From the NCBI GenBank assembly GCA_965112155.1, contig OZ218107.1: a stretch of DNA of 64,000 nt; one strand, 5' to 3'. How positions within the stretch are numbered: the stretch's first letter is position 1; every line of letters begins with the position of its first letter. Below are positions 35,115 to 47,785 of the stretch, piece after piece. The DNA is from Podarcis liolepis. Lineage: Eukaryota. Below the pieces are notes generated by a model that saw only the letters and a program-made list of their open reading frames with translations, ran no database searches and was not told where the DNA came from. Both the position numbers and the translations under genes were made by a program.

Positions 35115-35604
35115 CCGTATTTTTCGCCCCATAGGATGCACCGGCCCATAGGACGCATCAAGTTTTTTGGGGGGGAAATAAAGAAAAAAAAAATTATTTC
35201 CCCCCCAGGCGCTTGTGGGGCAGGCAGCGGGGAGAAGCGCTCTTCTCCCCCCCGCCTGCCTTGCGATCAGGTCCGGGGACAGCAGGGAGACGCAGCGCGT
35301 CTCCCTGCTGTCACCGGAGTGGTGGGGCAGGCAGCGGGGAGAAGCGCTCTTCTCCCCGCCGTCAGCCTCCAAACCACTTCGGGAGACAGCGGGATGGCGG
35401 CGTTCCGCCTCCCTCTGTCCCCCGACCTTGTGGGGCTGGCGCTGGGGCTCTCCTGAAGCCTGGAGAGCGAGAGGGGTCGGTGCGCACCAACCCCTCTCGC
35501 TCTCCAGGCTTCAGTGAAAGCCTGCATTCGCCCCATAGGACGCACCCACATTTCCCCTTCATTTTTAGAGGGGAAAAGTGCGTCTTATAGGGCGAAAAAT
35601 ACAG
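35115..35604. mobile_element. Tc1/mariner (Tc2-like) MITE with GC-rich internal repeats
   Basis: TIRs CCGTATTTTTCGCCCCATAGGA / TCTTATAGGGCGAAAAATACAG; TA TSD; internal duplication of gtggggcaggcagcggggagaagcgctcttctcccc. Confidence 0.88.
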
Positions 35605-35818
35605 TAATTTACTAGCTTGTTACCATCTAAGGTGCACTTCAGCAGAAGTTTAACAGCTAGCATCTGGTCCCATTAACCTCACTCCAACCTTGTTGTCTTA
35701 ACCAGGGTTTGTGTGGAGCGTGGGGTGGCAATCCTCACTGCTGCAGATGACCAGCTCACTATTTTTTGCTGCCAATGGCAGCCATTTTGTGCTAACATCC
35801 ACAGTACCTTTATCAATA

Positions 35819-35972
35819 TGGTGGTACCTTGGTACTCGAACAGCTTGGCTCCCGAACAAATCGGCTCCCAAACGCTGCAAACCCGGAAGTGACTGTTCTG
35901 GTTTGTGAACGTTTTTTGGAAGCAGAAATGGACTCCTGGAACAGATTAAGTTCAAGAACCAAAGTATCACTG
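35819..35972. mobile_element. Tigger-like MITE (second subfamily)
   Basis: Degenerate TIRs tggtggtaccttgg / ccaaagtatcactg; TA TSD. Confidence 0.7.
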
Positions 35973-36080
35973 TACATGAATACACTGTTTTTACTCCCCA
36001 CCCCCCAAAAAAAAGCTTGTGGAAAACTCAGAGCAGATGACTTACATGAGGTCCTGGGGACTTTCCCATCTATCCAGTGT

Positions 36081-36428
36081 AGGTAAAGGTAAAGGACCCC
36101 TGGATGGTTAAGTCCAGTCAAAGGTGACTTTGGGGTTTTAGTGCTCATCTTGCTTTCAGACCGAGGGAGACAGCTTTCCGGGTCATGTGGCCAGAATGAC
36201 TAAACCGCTTCTGGCACAATGGAAACCAGAGCGCATGGAAATGCTGTTTACCTTCCTGCCACAGCAGTACCTATTTATCTACTTGCACGGGTCTGCTTTT
36301 GAACCGCTAGGTTGGCAGGAGCTGGGACAGAACAACGGGAGCTCACCCCGTCACAGGGATTCGAACCACTGACTTTCTGATCAGCAAGGCCAAGAGGCGC
36401 AGTGGTTTAGACCACAGTGCCACCTGTG
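36081..36428 (-). mobile_element. Sauria SINE (second subfamily)
   Basis: aggtaaaggtaaaggacccctgg tail, gtacctatttatctacttgcac core, tRNA-like head at right. Confidence 0.88.
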
Positions 36429-37518
36429 TAGGGGAAAGTATAGGATATAAATAAATTTGCCTGCCTCTTTGCATGTGTGATACAAATAGGATTCTTTCAT
36501 TACAGTCTGGGATGCTCTTATTTAGCTCTTTGATCTTTTCTACAGCATGACCAGCATGTTCAGTCTGTCCCGACTCATAGTGATGTAAAAATTCATATGA
36601 CATTCTGCAATATACCTGCAATATTCAAACTATATACTTAAATTGTAAACACCCACTTAATTTCTTAAAAAATCTTAAAAAATATTTCATCCAACCAAAC
36701 TTGTAACTATTTGGAAAATCTTTTAACCGGAGTGGGGCAACTGTGCTGTATTGATTTGTTTTAGGTTGTGTCTCTGCCCCAGATTATTAGTACCGTATAT
36801 AGTAAGCCATGATTCTTCTCACATCCACAGCCTGATCCTGTGAAGCTGTTTCAACATACTGTACCAGATAACATGAGCCAGAGCCATCTAGCTCTGGTTC
36901 TATCAGAGTAGCTTCACCTTGAACACTGTAGTTTTAAAAACTGGGCCAATTTGGAAATGCAGTGAGGCCAGCCAAGTGATGAAATGTTCTTAGTACATCC
37001 TAAGCTTGTTGGCAATCTCTGTTCATATGAAGCCATTGGTCAATGAATCATTCAAACAGCAACAGATGCAGAGTAACCCACTCCTTCTCAGTCTGGAAGA
37101 GTTGTGAGAATCAACTTGTAAACTTATGCATTTCCTAATTTTTGTTATATGTGTGAACTCAGGGCACGCTCTCTTTATTTGAGTCCTGCACCCTTCCCTG
37201 GAGGCCACCTTATACCTTGACCACCTGTCTAATTCTCTTTATGAAGTGACCATCCTTGAGGTGCCTGGATAAGGACTCAGCAGAGGACCCCAGAGACACC
37301 CCAGGATTTACCAAAGCTCTGTACAACTCTGTTTGCTTTGTGATACTGATGACTTATGCAAACACATCATAATCCTATCGGAATCCTACTTGGGAGTAAA
37401 TGAATTGAACTTAGTGAGGGTTACTCGCAATGAAATATGAGTAGCAACAGGCTGTACATTTGCTTTGATGTGCATTTGAACACAAAATGTGCAGGGGAAG
37501 GACTGGAACATTTAGGTG

Positions 37519-37669
37519 CAGTGCTTTTCTTCTAAAAAAATGTTTAGGGGTACAGTACTCGCATTTTCCTACTCATATTGAAATGCTGCCCCTCAATGAG
37601 GCCAAACTTAGATTCACAAAATGTTTAGGGGTATGCATCCCCCTGCATCCCCTCAGAAAAAAAGCACTG
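37519..37669. mobile_element. hAT-type MITE
   Basis: TIRs CAGTGCTTTT / AAAAGCACTG; 8-bp TSD tttaggtg / gttgggtg. Confidence 0.72.
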
Positions 37670-39899
37670 GTTGGGTGCATGTGTTTATTTGTAAGAAGAG
37701 GTCACTCCTAGGCTGCATCTATCCTGGAATTGTTTTGAAGATGTTTTTATTGTTTAATTGCTTGTTCCTTGCTGCCTTGAACTCATTTGCGAGGAAGGGC
37801 AAGAAATAAACATCAATCAATCAATTATGCACTTAAATGCATATACAATATACAGTCAAACCTCCGAGTTCCAAGGTTTGACAGATATGGGTAGAATGCG
37901 CGCAATCTCCCTACTTATACTGCCCAAACCATATTAAAACAGCTTTTGTTTTTGGCGCACTTCATTTTCAGACAGGTAACACTTCTCACATCCCTTAAAA
38001 TATTATTGTTTTAGTGCCTTAGGGCTACCGGTATATCTCATCCACTTGCCACATTCCTCCCTTGCTGACATGGGTGTTGGCCATGTCCACAGGTGACCAC
38101 GTGTTTCATGGGGAAGAGACTTTATGGAAGTACATCTGAATACAGATAGGGCTGCGTCATTTGGAACCTTGGCCAGTCAGGGATTGCAGTTGGATGGAGG
38201 AGTCCTATGCACACACACACCTCTATTTTTGCAGGATCCTTTTCTACTAAGACTGAACTTGTTGCTGCTGGAGGCTATGTCCAGTGTTCACATTGGTATA
38301 TGAAGGGCATGACTACTGTGTATCTTTCTGCCACCCCCTCATGTGTATGTTGAATGCATTTTTGTGAACACCCCTTTCTTAGCACATGTGATAAAATCAG
38401 GGATTGCTCCAGTAACTCAGTACTGACATTGCTAGACTCCACAAAGAGGCCCACACAATGGTCATGCTGGTTTGCCTTGCGGATGCCATGGCTTAGTTGC
38501 ACATTGGTGAGCATCTGACTATAACTGACCCATCGCAGAACGCAGATCACACAGGTCACTTGATTCAGAAAGCAATTATTCAAAGAAAGGAACCACCGAG
38601 AAGCAGCAAATTGTATTAGCTGATTTGCCACCTGAATAGGTCCCCCCCCCCCATGGACAGAACAATCACAAAGCTTAGCCAGTTTTTATTGCGGCATAAT
38701 TATGCATAGCATAATTGTATGTAGCAAGGCATTTGTCTCCAAAAAGCCTCTGTGCTCTTGTTGAAGCTCATAACTCCTGACTTACTTTTAATCCTTCTGT
38801 CCCTAGTAAGTCGACTGTTAGCATGCGTTTGCAACAACATATTATAAGTCTCCGCAGAAGATAGGCAATATTAATTATTAAAGTCAAACATAAGCCTTCA
38901 GAGCATAACAAATCATTTTAATAAAGTAAGTAATCATTCACTTTGGCTGATGAAGATAAGCCTCACATTTAGTGGGAACTCAGACACCTTTAGCAGGAGG
39001 TAAATTTTGCCAAGTCAGCAAGTATGAAATGGTTTCTCAGGGACAGTGTTCCAGAGAATTATTTTCTGCTGTGTTCTGCTTTGTGACAGAAATTTGACTG
39101 ATACTAAAAGAACAGAAATCCCCTAAAGCTCCAACTTGGAGCTCAGATTGGATTCCTGCTGTCTTCCTATGGCTATTTCAGTACTATTTTATTATTTTAT
39201 TCCATTTATATTACGCTGTTCTTCCTGGAAGGTACAATATGTTTTTATGCTGGCAGAGAATTAGTGCAGGCTGCCCTAAATTTGTGGCTTTAAAGGCAGA
39301 AAGCCCCCCTCCCCATTTTCAGTACTGAGGAGTTATAATAAATCTGGGGTCCACAGTGTGACCCCTGTAGGCATCTGTGCTCACCAAGGTTTTCCCTGGC
39401 AGCTGCCAGAGGACCTGAACCCATTGAAACAAAATATGGGTTTCCGAAAGCTTCTTTCTCCACCTGCTACTTTCCATGGTCAGAACACTTCCTCCTTGCC
39501 CTCTGGCCTTTGCATAGAGTTTAATCACACCCACTGAGCCTCTGATTGGACATCAGCCTTTTATTTCTCAATGCCAGCCAGAGTGAGAGGAGACGATGTC
39601 TACTTCTGAGTGACATGCCCGCAAATTCAGGTTGTACAATTAAAGTTCACTTGGAGACCTTACACAAGGAACCAGCTTCCCAAAAAGATCAGACTTTTTG
39701 CAATAAGGAAAGTGATAGGGAAATGCCCTGGAAATTGTGGGATAATGCTTGCTTGACTCGGCATTGTCTAACCTCCCTGCTATCAAAGCTGAAAGGATGC
39801 TAATGAAATAACACGCATCCAATCTGTCTGCAAACAGATCAGGATGAATGCTCAAACAGGTTGTCTGGAAAGTGTTGTAGCATGTTGACAAGACAATTG

Positions 39900-40356
39900 T
39901 TTTTTGTTTTTTTATATAAAATATTTATTGAGTTTTCACAAATTATATAAACAGACACGATAATACAGACAAACACAGACAAAAAAGAAAAAAACAAGTA
40001 TAATTTCAAATCCTTATTTTCTTAAAACTTACTTCACCGACCTCCTCATACCTCCCCTTTCTGCATTCCAATTTCAAAAATTAGTTCAGCAAATCCTTAC
40101 CCTTAATTTTATCTAATTGTTAACCTTTCTTTTCTTTTGACTTAATCTTTACAGCTGTAATCCACTTAATTTCTAAACCAACATCATTCTAACATTCATT
40201 AATTTTGCAATGTTTCTTAAGATAGTTCTTAAATTTCTTCCAAACCTCTTCTGCCGTCTCTTTCCCCTGGTCCCGGATTCTGCCCGTCATTTCTGCCAAT
40301 CCCATATAGTCTATCACCTTCATCTGCCATTCTTCCAAGGTGGGTAGATCTTGTGT
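39900..40356 (-). mobile_element. 5'-truncated L1-clade LINE (end of ORF2, 3'UTR, polyA)
   Basis: TQDLPTLEEWQMKVIDYMGLAEMTGRIRDQGKETAEEVWKKFKNYLKKHCKINEC*, homologous to the ORF end at 56671; T-rich tail; perfect 10-bp TSD aagacaattg (39890-39899 / 40357-40366). Confidence 0.9.
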
Positions 40357-40461
40357 AAGACAATTGCGCATCCATTGCATTAGAGAACAGCCTGGTTAAT
40401 TCATGAGCATGTGAAAAAGGCAGGTGAGTTCAACATCTGATACTTTCAAGGAGTATAAGAA

Positions 40462-41037
40462 TGCCAACATCAAATACCAACAGTGTCCTTCAACTCTCTA
40501 TATTGGACAAACAGGCCAAACCTTACGCCAAAGAATAAACGGACATAAATCAGACATCAAGAATCACAAAACAGAGAAACCAGTAGGAGAACACATCAAT
40601 CTCCCAGGACATTCTATACAAGATCTCAAAGTAGCTGTTTTATTACAAAGGAATTTCAGAAATAGACTGGAAAGAGAAGCTGCTGAATTGCAACTCATTA
40701 CCAAACTTAAAACCATGGAGAGACCTGGTCTCAACAGAGACATTGGATTCTTATCTCATTATACAAGACTAGCCATTTTTCACCTTCTCACCCCTTGCCT
40801 TTTCCTGTAAGACCTATTGCAGTCGTTAAGAGTCGTCAACAGGCTCATCTCAGCTATCTGCCAATCACCCATTCCCACCACCCTTCTGAGTAATACCCCT
40901 CCCCACCTTCTCACTATATAGAAGGATCTGGCAACTTCTGTTTCAGTGTATCTGAAGAAGTGTGCATGCACATGAAAGCTCATACCAAGAACTAACTTAG
41001 TTGGTCTTTAAGGTGCTACTGGAAGGAATTTTTTTAT
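40462..41037 (+). mobile_element. 5'-truncated Penelope-like element: GIY-YIG endonuclease coding end plus pLTR with hammerhead motif (40948-40985)
   Basis: QQCPSTLYIGQTGQTLRQRINGHKSDIKNHKTEKPVGEH...RNRLEREAAELQLITKLKTMERPGLNRD is a Penelope GIY-YIG domain; TSD tataagaa (40454-40461 / 41038-41045). Confidence 0.9.
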
Positions 41038-42228
41038 TATAAGAAAAAAGCAGGTGGAGGCAGGCAGGGATAGGCCTGCTTCCCATGGTAGAGATTTGTG
41101 CGTATGTTTTCTTTTGATTGCGTTTTGTTCTAAGGAAAAAGGCTTTGTCAGGACAAGCTGACAGGGTCTTCTTAAATATGGGATTATTTTTTAAAGAAGA
41201 AGTGCTCTCTGTGGTTCCGGTAAATAAAGCTGTATGACGGGTAGAGTTTCTGATTTACTCAAAAATCAATATTCTTTTTCGACTGAAGATGCTGGAATTA
41301 CCTTCTTTCCTAACAGCCAGAGCAAACTGCTGGGCTCTGTGCAGGTGTGAGACAGGAAGTAATTATCAACAGCAGCCGCCATGCAGAGATAAAAAGAAAA
41401 TAAAGATTCTAAGCACCATAGGACTGTTAACCTATTCTGAGTCAAATTGCTTCCCTTGTGATGTTGCAGCTAACTACTGCAATGTCAGGATTTTAAAACA
41501 AAGTACTGACATTACTGAAGATCCATACAATTCAGCTTCTTTGCTTGTGGTTATGTTCAGGGAGAGAGAGAGAGAAGTCAGTTTGTTCATTGGGAGATGC
41601 ACTAGAAATAGTAATTGCAAACATACTGTATTGTCACAAAAGTTGGGTGCCACCCCCACTCTCTGCCGAGTGACAGCAAGATCCCAGGGGGGTCCAGGCG
41701 CTCACCCAGGGTCTGTGTTCCCTTTGGAACAGTGTTTCTCAACCTTCCCCCCCCAACTGTGGCCCCCTTCTGATCTTGTTTCCTTCCTGTGTGCCCCCCT
41801 CCCCCGCCCTACAGGTAGAAAGGTAGCTATTTTAATGTTTTGTTTGTCAGTAGAACATGTTTTATTTATCACTTTTTAATAATTTCTACAAAATACAATT
41901 ACACAAAAAATTGTACTTTTAAGTATTTCTCGATCAATGCAACCCTTGTGCTTGATGACCAGAAACAAGCTTTGTTTTATATATCCGATTCTATTGCTGT
42001 GAGAGATAACTGAAGATCACCTCAGTCCATTATGTTAAGGTGATTCCACATTAGGCTGAGTAAATAATTCACGCAACTGAAACCTGATTCTACCAAATAC
42101 GAAGTAGGAAATGCCATGAAAAACACTTTTGTTTTATCCCACAGATGTGGATACTTTTTAGATATTGTACTCCATTCCAATGTTATTTTGCCCTTGAAAA
42201 AAGGACTCCAGGAAGGACTCCATAAAAT

Positions 42229-42904
42229 TGCTGAGCCAAGGAAAGCCTAATCCCATCAGCAGACTTGCCCCAGGGGTCCAGACATGCAAAGGAAGTTCTA
42301 TTGTACTTTGGGTGGTGGGATTTCAGAGGTGTTTGCCTATACCAGGCATGACCAACAGGTAGATCGTGATCTACTGGTAGATTGTGGAGTGTTCCTAGTA
42401 GATCCTGGTTTATCTCTGGCCCCTCAGCAATTTCCTTACAAAAAAGCAAACAAAAACAAAAACAAACCCCAACTTTGGCTTCCTAAAAAAAGCTCCACAA
42501 CTTTGAGTAGTAGATCACAGTCTGTTGGGAGTTGGACGTCCCTGGCCTATGCTAATCTTATACCTGGGTTTTGCCCTGACATGTCTGCTTATGCTAATCT
42601 TGTACCAAGGACTTGTTTGGACATGTTTGCCAAGGTTGAACTAGTGTAACCCCTGTCTGCCCCTCCCCTTTTGTGACTTATCAGTGATGTAGCAGTGATG
42701 CTGTACGAATTGTATTCTGGGATGTGGTGGGAAAGTTTTAAAAGTGAATGTCACCCCATGCTCTGGGTTCTTACTGCTGTTTGAACCTGTTGCGCAACAA
42801 TAAAGGATCTAAGTCTACTGACTGCCATTTTGCTCCAAATTACTTGGCTGGAATTTCCTTCTTTTACTGACCGCATGGACCTGCAGGGGACTTGTATCTC
42901 GACA
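42229..42904 (+). mobile_element. Solo LTR related to 30117-30865, interrupted by a hAT MITE (left boundary approximate)
   Basis: ctgttgcgcaacaataaaggatctaagtctactgactgccattttgctccaaattacttggctgg aligns with the reverse complement of the AATAAA region of the 30-kb LTR; ends ...ctcgaCA. Confidence 0.6.
42343..42544. mobile_element. hAT MITE nested in the LTR
   Basis: TIRs CAGGCATGACCAAC / GTTGGACGTCCCTG; 8-bp TSD gcctatac / gcctatgc. Confidence 0.8.
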
Positions 42905-43014
42905 AGCTGGGCTGTTGAGTAGTCTCATAACCCAGAAATTTCTTTAACACCCCCAAATGTATAACACACACACACCAAAGGTAATGACTGAAGAAATAAT
43001 TGACATGGATTATG

Positions 43015-43151
43015 AGTCTTTGCCAACCTGGTTCCCTCCAGATGTTTTGGCCTATAACTTGCCTCAGTTTCAGACAGGACAGCCATGCTGGCTGGGGCTG
43101 ATGGGAGTTGTTGTCCAAAACATCTGGAGAGCACCAGGTTGGCAAAGGCTG
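43015..43151. mobile_element. Palindromic MITE (ccagatgtt...aacatctgg family)
   Basis: Long TIRs ctttgccaacctggttccctccagatgttttgg / ccaaaacatctggagagcaccaggttggcaaag. Confidence 0.8.
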
Positions 43152-43270
43152 AAGTTTATATTAAAGAGACCTTTACATTACAGATGCCTCCTGATTCCAG
43201 GAGCTATTTCTCATAGATCAAGTTAACCAAGAGCATTATATGATAAAACATTGACTGCACTGGTATTACA

Positions 43271-43641
43271 AGGATGCGGGTGGCACTGTGATCTAAACCA
43301 CTGAGTCTCTTGGGCTTGCCGATTGGAAGATTAGCAGTTTGAATCTGCACGACGGGGTGAGCTCCCTTTGCTCTGTCCCAGCTTCTGCCAACCTTCGAAA
43401 GCATACCAGTGCAAGTAGATAAATAGGTACTGCTGCGGCGGGAAGGTAAACTGCGTTTCCATGTGCTCTGGCACTTGTCACGGTCCTCTGTGCACCAGTA
43501 GCGGTTTAGTCATGCTGCTCACAAGACCTGGAAAGCTGTCTGTGGACAAATGCTGGTTCCCTCGGCTTGAAAGTGGAGATTAGTGTTGCACCCGATAGTT
43601 GCCTTTGACTGGACTTAACTGTCCAGGGGTCCTTTACCTTT
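43271..43641 (+). mobile_element. Sauria SINE (second subfamily), full length
   Basis: ggatgcgggtggcactgtg head, gtgcaagtagataaataggtac core, ggggtcctttaccttt tail. Confidence 0.9.
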
Positions 43642-45326
43642 ACAGTGACATGAAAGTATAAAGCTAGGACAGAGGCCTCTTATGTAACACCCCCTACACT
43701 TTTCAGGCATTATTATTGTATTGTACACTTGATCCATAGATCTCACAGCATAATGTGACTGTTGGAGTCATTGAGTTTCTACAGTTCTGTGCTGGGTCAG
43801 TATTGATTCACAGTGGCACCATAGGCATACACAGTTTCCTGGACATAACGGGAAACTGTGTTTAATTGAAGACTTAATGTGTTAATTGTGACATACTGTG
43901 ATGGGAGGAGGAAAGTGGCTCCATAAGACTACCTGAAGTGTTATGTCATGCAGGGACTTATCTGAAGGCCAGACCACCAAACTCCTGATCAGGATTGTGC
44001 AGTAAAAGGGAAATACATAGGATTAATCTCATTTCTTTTTAGAGATAGTTTCTAGGCTCTGATGCTTCTAGATCTAGTTCCTAGATTTTGATGCAGTATA
44101 AATTGCATGGCTAGTGGTCTAGCTTGGTCCTATTTAGACAAACTCTCTGGGAAAGTGCAATTGGCACCAATCAGTCTGAAATCCTTCTGTGTGGAGTTGA
44201 GTTCATTGTCCTTATGAGGCATCTCTTGTTTACACAAGATTCTTTTTGAAATGACATTGTAAATGCATGCCACTGGGTCATCTGACATGTTATATCTTGT
44301 TAGGTTCTATTTCTGGGCTGCCCCTTGCTTCTTGCTGTGGGAATGTTTCCCCCCACAAACATTTGTAGGCAATAGCCTGCTTTATTAGATACCTATGCTA
44401 GGGGTATGCAAAACCCTTTCTATATACTGGGCATTTTCCTAATCCATGTTATTGACTTGATGCCCTGATTCAGTGATCTTTTTACAGAAACTTTGGCATT
44501 TACACATGCACAGAGCTCTGCCACCCATAATCAAGGAAAAAAATTGCAAAATGTAGCAAAGGGGGGTATACACAATTTTGTATACTCTCGCAAAACCCTT
44601 TTTTCCTAAAACTGAAATACAAAGTTCATACCTTATAATTGAGTGTATTGTTATGAGTTTTGTTTGGGTGAGGAGTGTAGGCTGTATGTTTGAACCCCCT
44701 TCTAATTCCTGGATCTAGCATGGATTCAATTACTGGAATAGCCAGGCTAGCTTCCTGGTGAGGTAATGGCCCTCTGCGTCTGGTCCATTAAGGTAACAAA
44801 GGAAGTGGCTTCCTGCCAGATGACAAATGACAGAGCTGTGTCTGATTTCTGTTGGAATACAGGCTGTGACTATTCCAAATCCTTTCTCATACTCATTGCA
44901 TTGTATTTGTTCCGTAAATGGACAAAGTTTTTCTCTCACCAGAGATAAGCATCAGATACCTTCCATGGGCAGTGCATCAGTTTTAAAATAACTGCAGACC
45001 AGAAACTGCTAAGGAAGAAACTTGCAAGTCTGTGAGAGGCATATCAAGCTCTTCTTGGGGGTTGGGAAGCCGGTAAAAATGTATAGAAAAGAAAATATGA
45101 GAAAGCTGTGCATGTATTTATGTTTGCAACATACACTGCTGGAGGGGATGAATATTTTCAAACAGCTGGATTCTAGCCAGCAAAGTTCAATACAGAGGTA
45201 ACTGTGGCTTATATTAATATTAAACAGATGCTGTTTGAAGCAGGCTTCATTATTCTGAACCAGTCCGTTCAATGTTATTGCTTTCAACATCCTTCTCTAT
45301 TAACTGATGAAATGCCAGGAACTATA

Positions 45327-45742
45327 ATAGAGTCATAGAGTTGGAAGGGACCCTAACGTCCAAGCCCTGCAATGCAGGAATCTCAACTAAAGCATCCATG
45401 ACAGGTAGCCATCCAACCTCTGCTTAAAAATTTTCAATGAAAGAGAATCTGCCACCTCCCGAGGGAATCCGTTCCACTGTCGAACAGGTCTTACTGTTAG
45501 AAAGTTCTTCCTGATGTTTAGTTGGAATCTCCCTTTTTGTAACTTGAATCCATTGGATCAAGTTTTACCTTCCAGAGCAGGAGAAAACGAGCTTGCTCCA
45601 TCTTCCATGTGATAGCCCTTAAGATATTTGAAGATGGCAATCATATCTCCTCTCAGTCTCCTCTTTTCCAGCTCCTTCAACTGTTCCTCATAGGGCTTGG
45701 TTTCCAGGCCCTTGATCATCTTGGTCACCTTCCTCTGCACAC
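45327..45742 (-). mobile_element. CR1 LINE 3' end
   Basis: ORF 45558..45740 QRKVTKMIKGLETKPYEEQLKELEKRRLRGDMIAIFKYLKG is the CR1 ORF2 C-terminus; CR1 tail repeat at left. Confidence 0.9.
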
Positions 45743-46729
45743 TATATCATTAACTGAAGTTTTAGAAGTCTCCCAAATTCTTTCCCACAGGACACCATTT
45801 GCCAATCTGTTCACGTTTCCAGACTTCAAATATTTGCAGTACATAGACTGTAAGCGCTTCTGAATGGGAGCGTAATACTGCAGACGGGTTGTTCAGACAT
45901 CACAAACAGGTATCTGGCAACAGTCGCTCCCCAGCTTATTGGCTTTTATTGTGGTAAAGGTAAATCTGGATTAAAAGGGAGAAAAATGTGAGCTGGCATT
46001 TTGATGCTTGCAATGTGTGTATTCTGCAAAATCTTGCATGCATGAGCAGCACCAGTCCCACAATAAAAGCCTATCTGGAAGCAACCTATGAATGAAAAAC
46101 AGACAACAGGCAAAATCCCAAAGCTGTCACCTACACGGAGTACGAATGAAGGATCATTGTTATCCTTCCTGGTATAATCAGTTCCTGCCTTACGTCTTTC
46201 ATCATAACCTTTTGCTTCCTGTGCTTGTATAAATACTGTTATCATCTGTTTTGAGAAATCCTTCCCACACATTTAAATGTGGCTGTGTAATACCCCAGGC
46301 AGCAATAGAGACACCAGGCCCAACAGAAAGATTGTCCAGACTGTTATTGCTAGTGGAAAGTGACTGCTTGATGTAGCAGATATGAAGTATCACCAGAAAA
46401 TGTTCTGAGAAAGCCAGCTAGGAAACAATTGCACTCAAGAAGCGCTAATCAAGTTCAGGGAGGGAACTTCATCTCCAGGAAGCTACAGTTCTGTGTTGAT
46501 AAATCAGAGCCAAGGTCTGACTAATGTTTTTTCTCAGAATTCTAGATTTAAATAACAAAAATAAATAAATAAATAAAATAAATAAACAAAAACAAAAACA
46601 TGTTCACTGTTTAAGGTCTTGTTGCCCCAAACAATTCTGTACAGGCTTCATATCTGTGCAGAACCCACAGAAAAATAACTTGCATGGTTGAATTATGGAT
46701 CTTTAATATTGCTAATTGCAAGTAATAGT

Positions 46730-47330
46730 GCTAGTGAGCTGGCTATTTATGCCTAAATCAGGGGTGTCCAAACTTTTTTCAAAGACGGCCATATTTGATG
46801 AAGTGAACATGCGTGAGGGCTGACCAAAGTTCTTAAGCTTTTTGGGGATTAAAACTGTTGAGGTATTTTGGGGGTTCCCCCCCTAAATTGCTGACCTTTT
46901 TTTTAAGGATTGAAGTTGTTGACCTTCTTTTAGGATTTTACCCCAGGAAATAAACTGCCACAGGGGCTGGATTAAATAGACTGGCGGGCCGGATTAGGCC
47001 CCCGGGCTGGACTTTGGATATGCCTGGCCTAAGTGTAGAACCTTATATTTGTCCCTATTGAAATTCATTTTGCTAGTTTGGGCCCAGTTCTCTAATCTGT
47101 CAAGCTCATCTTGAATTCCAATTCTTTTTCTGTGGCATTAGCTACCTGTTCCAATTTTGGTGCCATCTACCAATTTGATGTGCCTTTCCTTTGTCCAAGT
47201 TCATTGAACAACAATGGGCCAAGAACAGAACACTCTTTCCCAGGATGATGAGGAACCAGTTTTCACTGATTCTCACTTACTTACTGCAACCATCTGCCCC
47301 ATATCCAATACTGCTCAATTTCTCATGGAG
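46730..47330 (-). mobile_element. CR1 RT fragment interrupted by a hAT MITE
   Basis: agaaccttatatttgtccctattgaaattcattttg...gtgccatctaccaatttgatg is homologous to the CR1 RT fragment at 28340-28812. Confidence 0.7.
46759..47026. mobile_element. hAT-Charlie-like MITE
   Basis: TIRs CAGGGGTGTCCAAA / TTTGGATATGCCTG; 8-bp TSD gcctaaat / gcctaagt. Confidence 0.85.
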
Positions 47331-47518
47331 TTTTTGGGATGTGCAGGGATCTGAAGATAATGGGAGGGTTGGCAGAAAAAAATGAGTCCTGCTTTATATG
47401 AGCAGAAGTGCTTTCTGCTTATGTAAGGTCACCATATAAATGGTGTAAATGTCATTATGACACTTCTGACCTGTTTTTATCATAGCAACTGATATAAAGT
47501 AGATAGCATCCTTGGATT

Positions 47519-47521
47519 ATT

Positions 47522-47560
<39 letters not shown>
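47519..47560. repeat. (TTG)n microsatellite
   Basis: Read directly from the sequence. Confidence 0.95.
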
Positions 47561-47693
47561 ATTTTGTGGGGGAAGTGGAAGTTGTGCAATACTGCCAAAT
47601 CAACTGTAATTCTGCAATCTGAATTTGCTGGTACATGACTGAATCCCAGCCGAAAATGTTAACAGTCTAGAAACATTCTGTGTTCGGGCTCTT

Positions 47694-47785
47694 AAGGCTG
47701 CAATCCTAACCCCATTTACCCAGGAGCAATCCCCACTGAATTCAGTAGGACTGACTTCTGAGTAGACATACTTAGGCTTGAACTG
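47694..47785. repeat. Short palindromic squamate repeat (gcaatcct...aggattgc family)
   Basis: Imperfect inverted arms; related copies near 37368, 54219 (split) and 58526. Confidence 0.6.

Noticed and set aside
41289-41879. 196-aa ORF
   Set aside because: No recognisable homology; it runs through a GA repeat into a MITE end. The 186-aa ORF at 50187-50747 is rejected likewise because it crosses an L2 tail.
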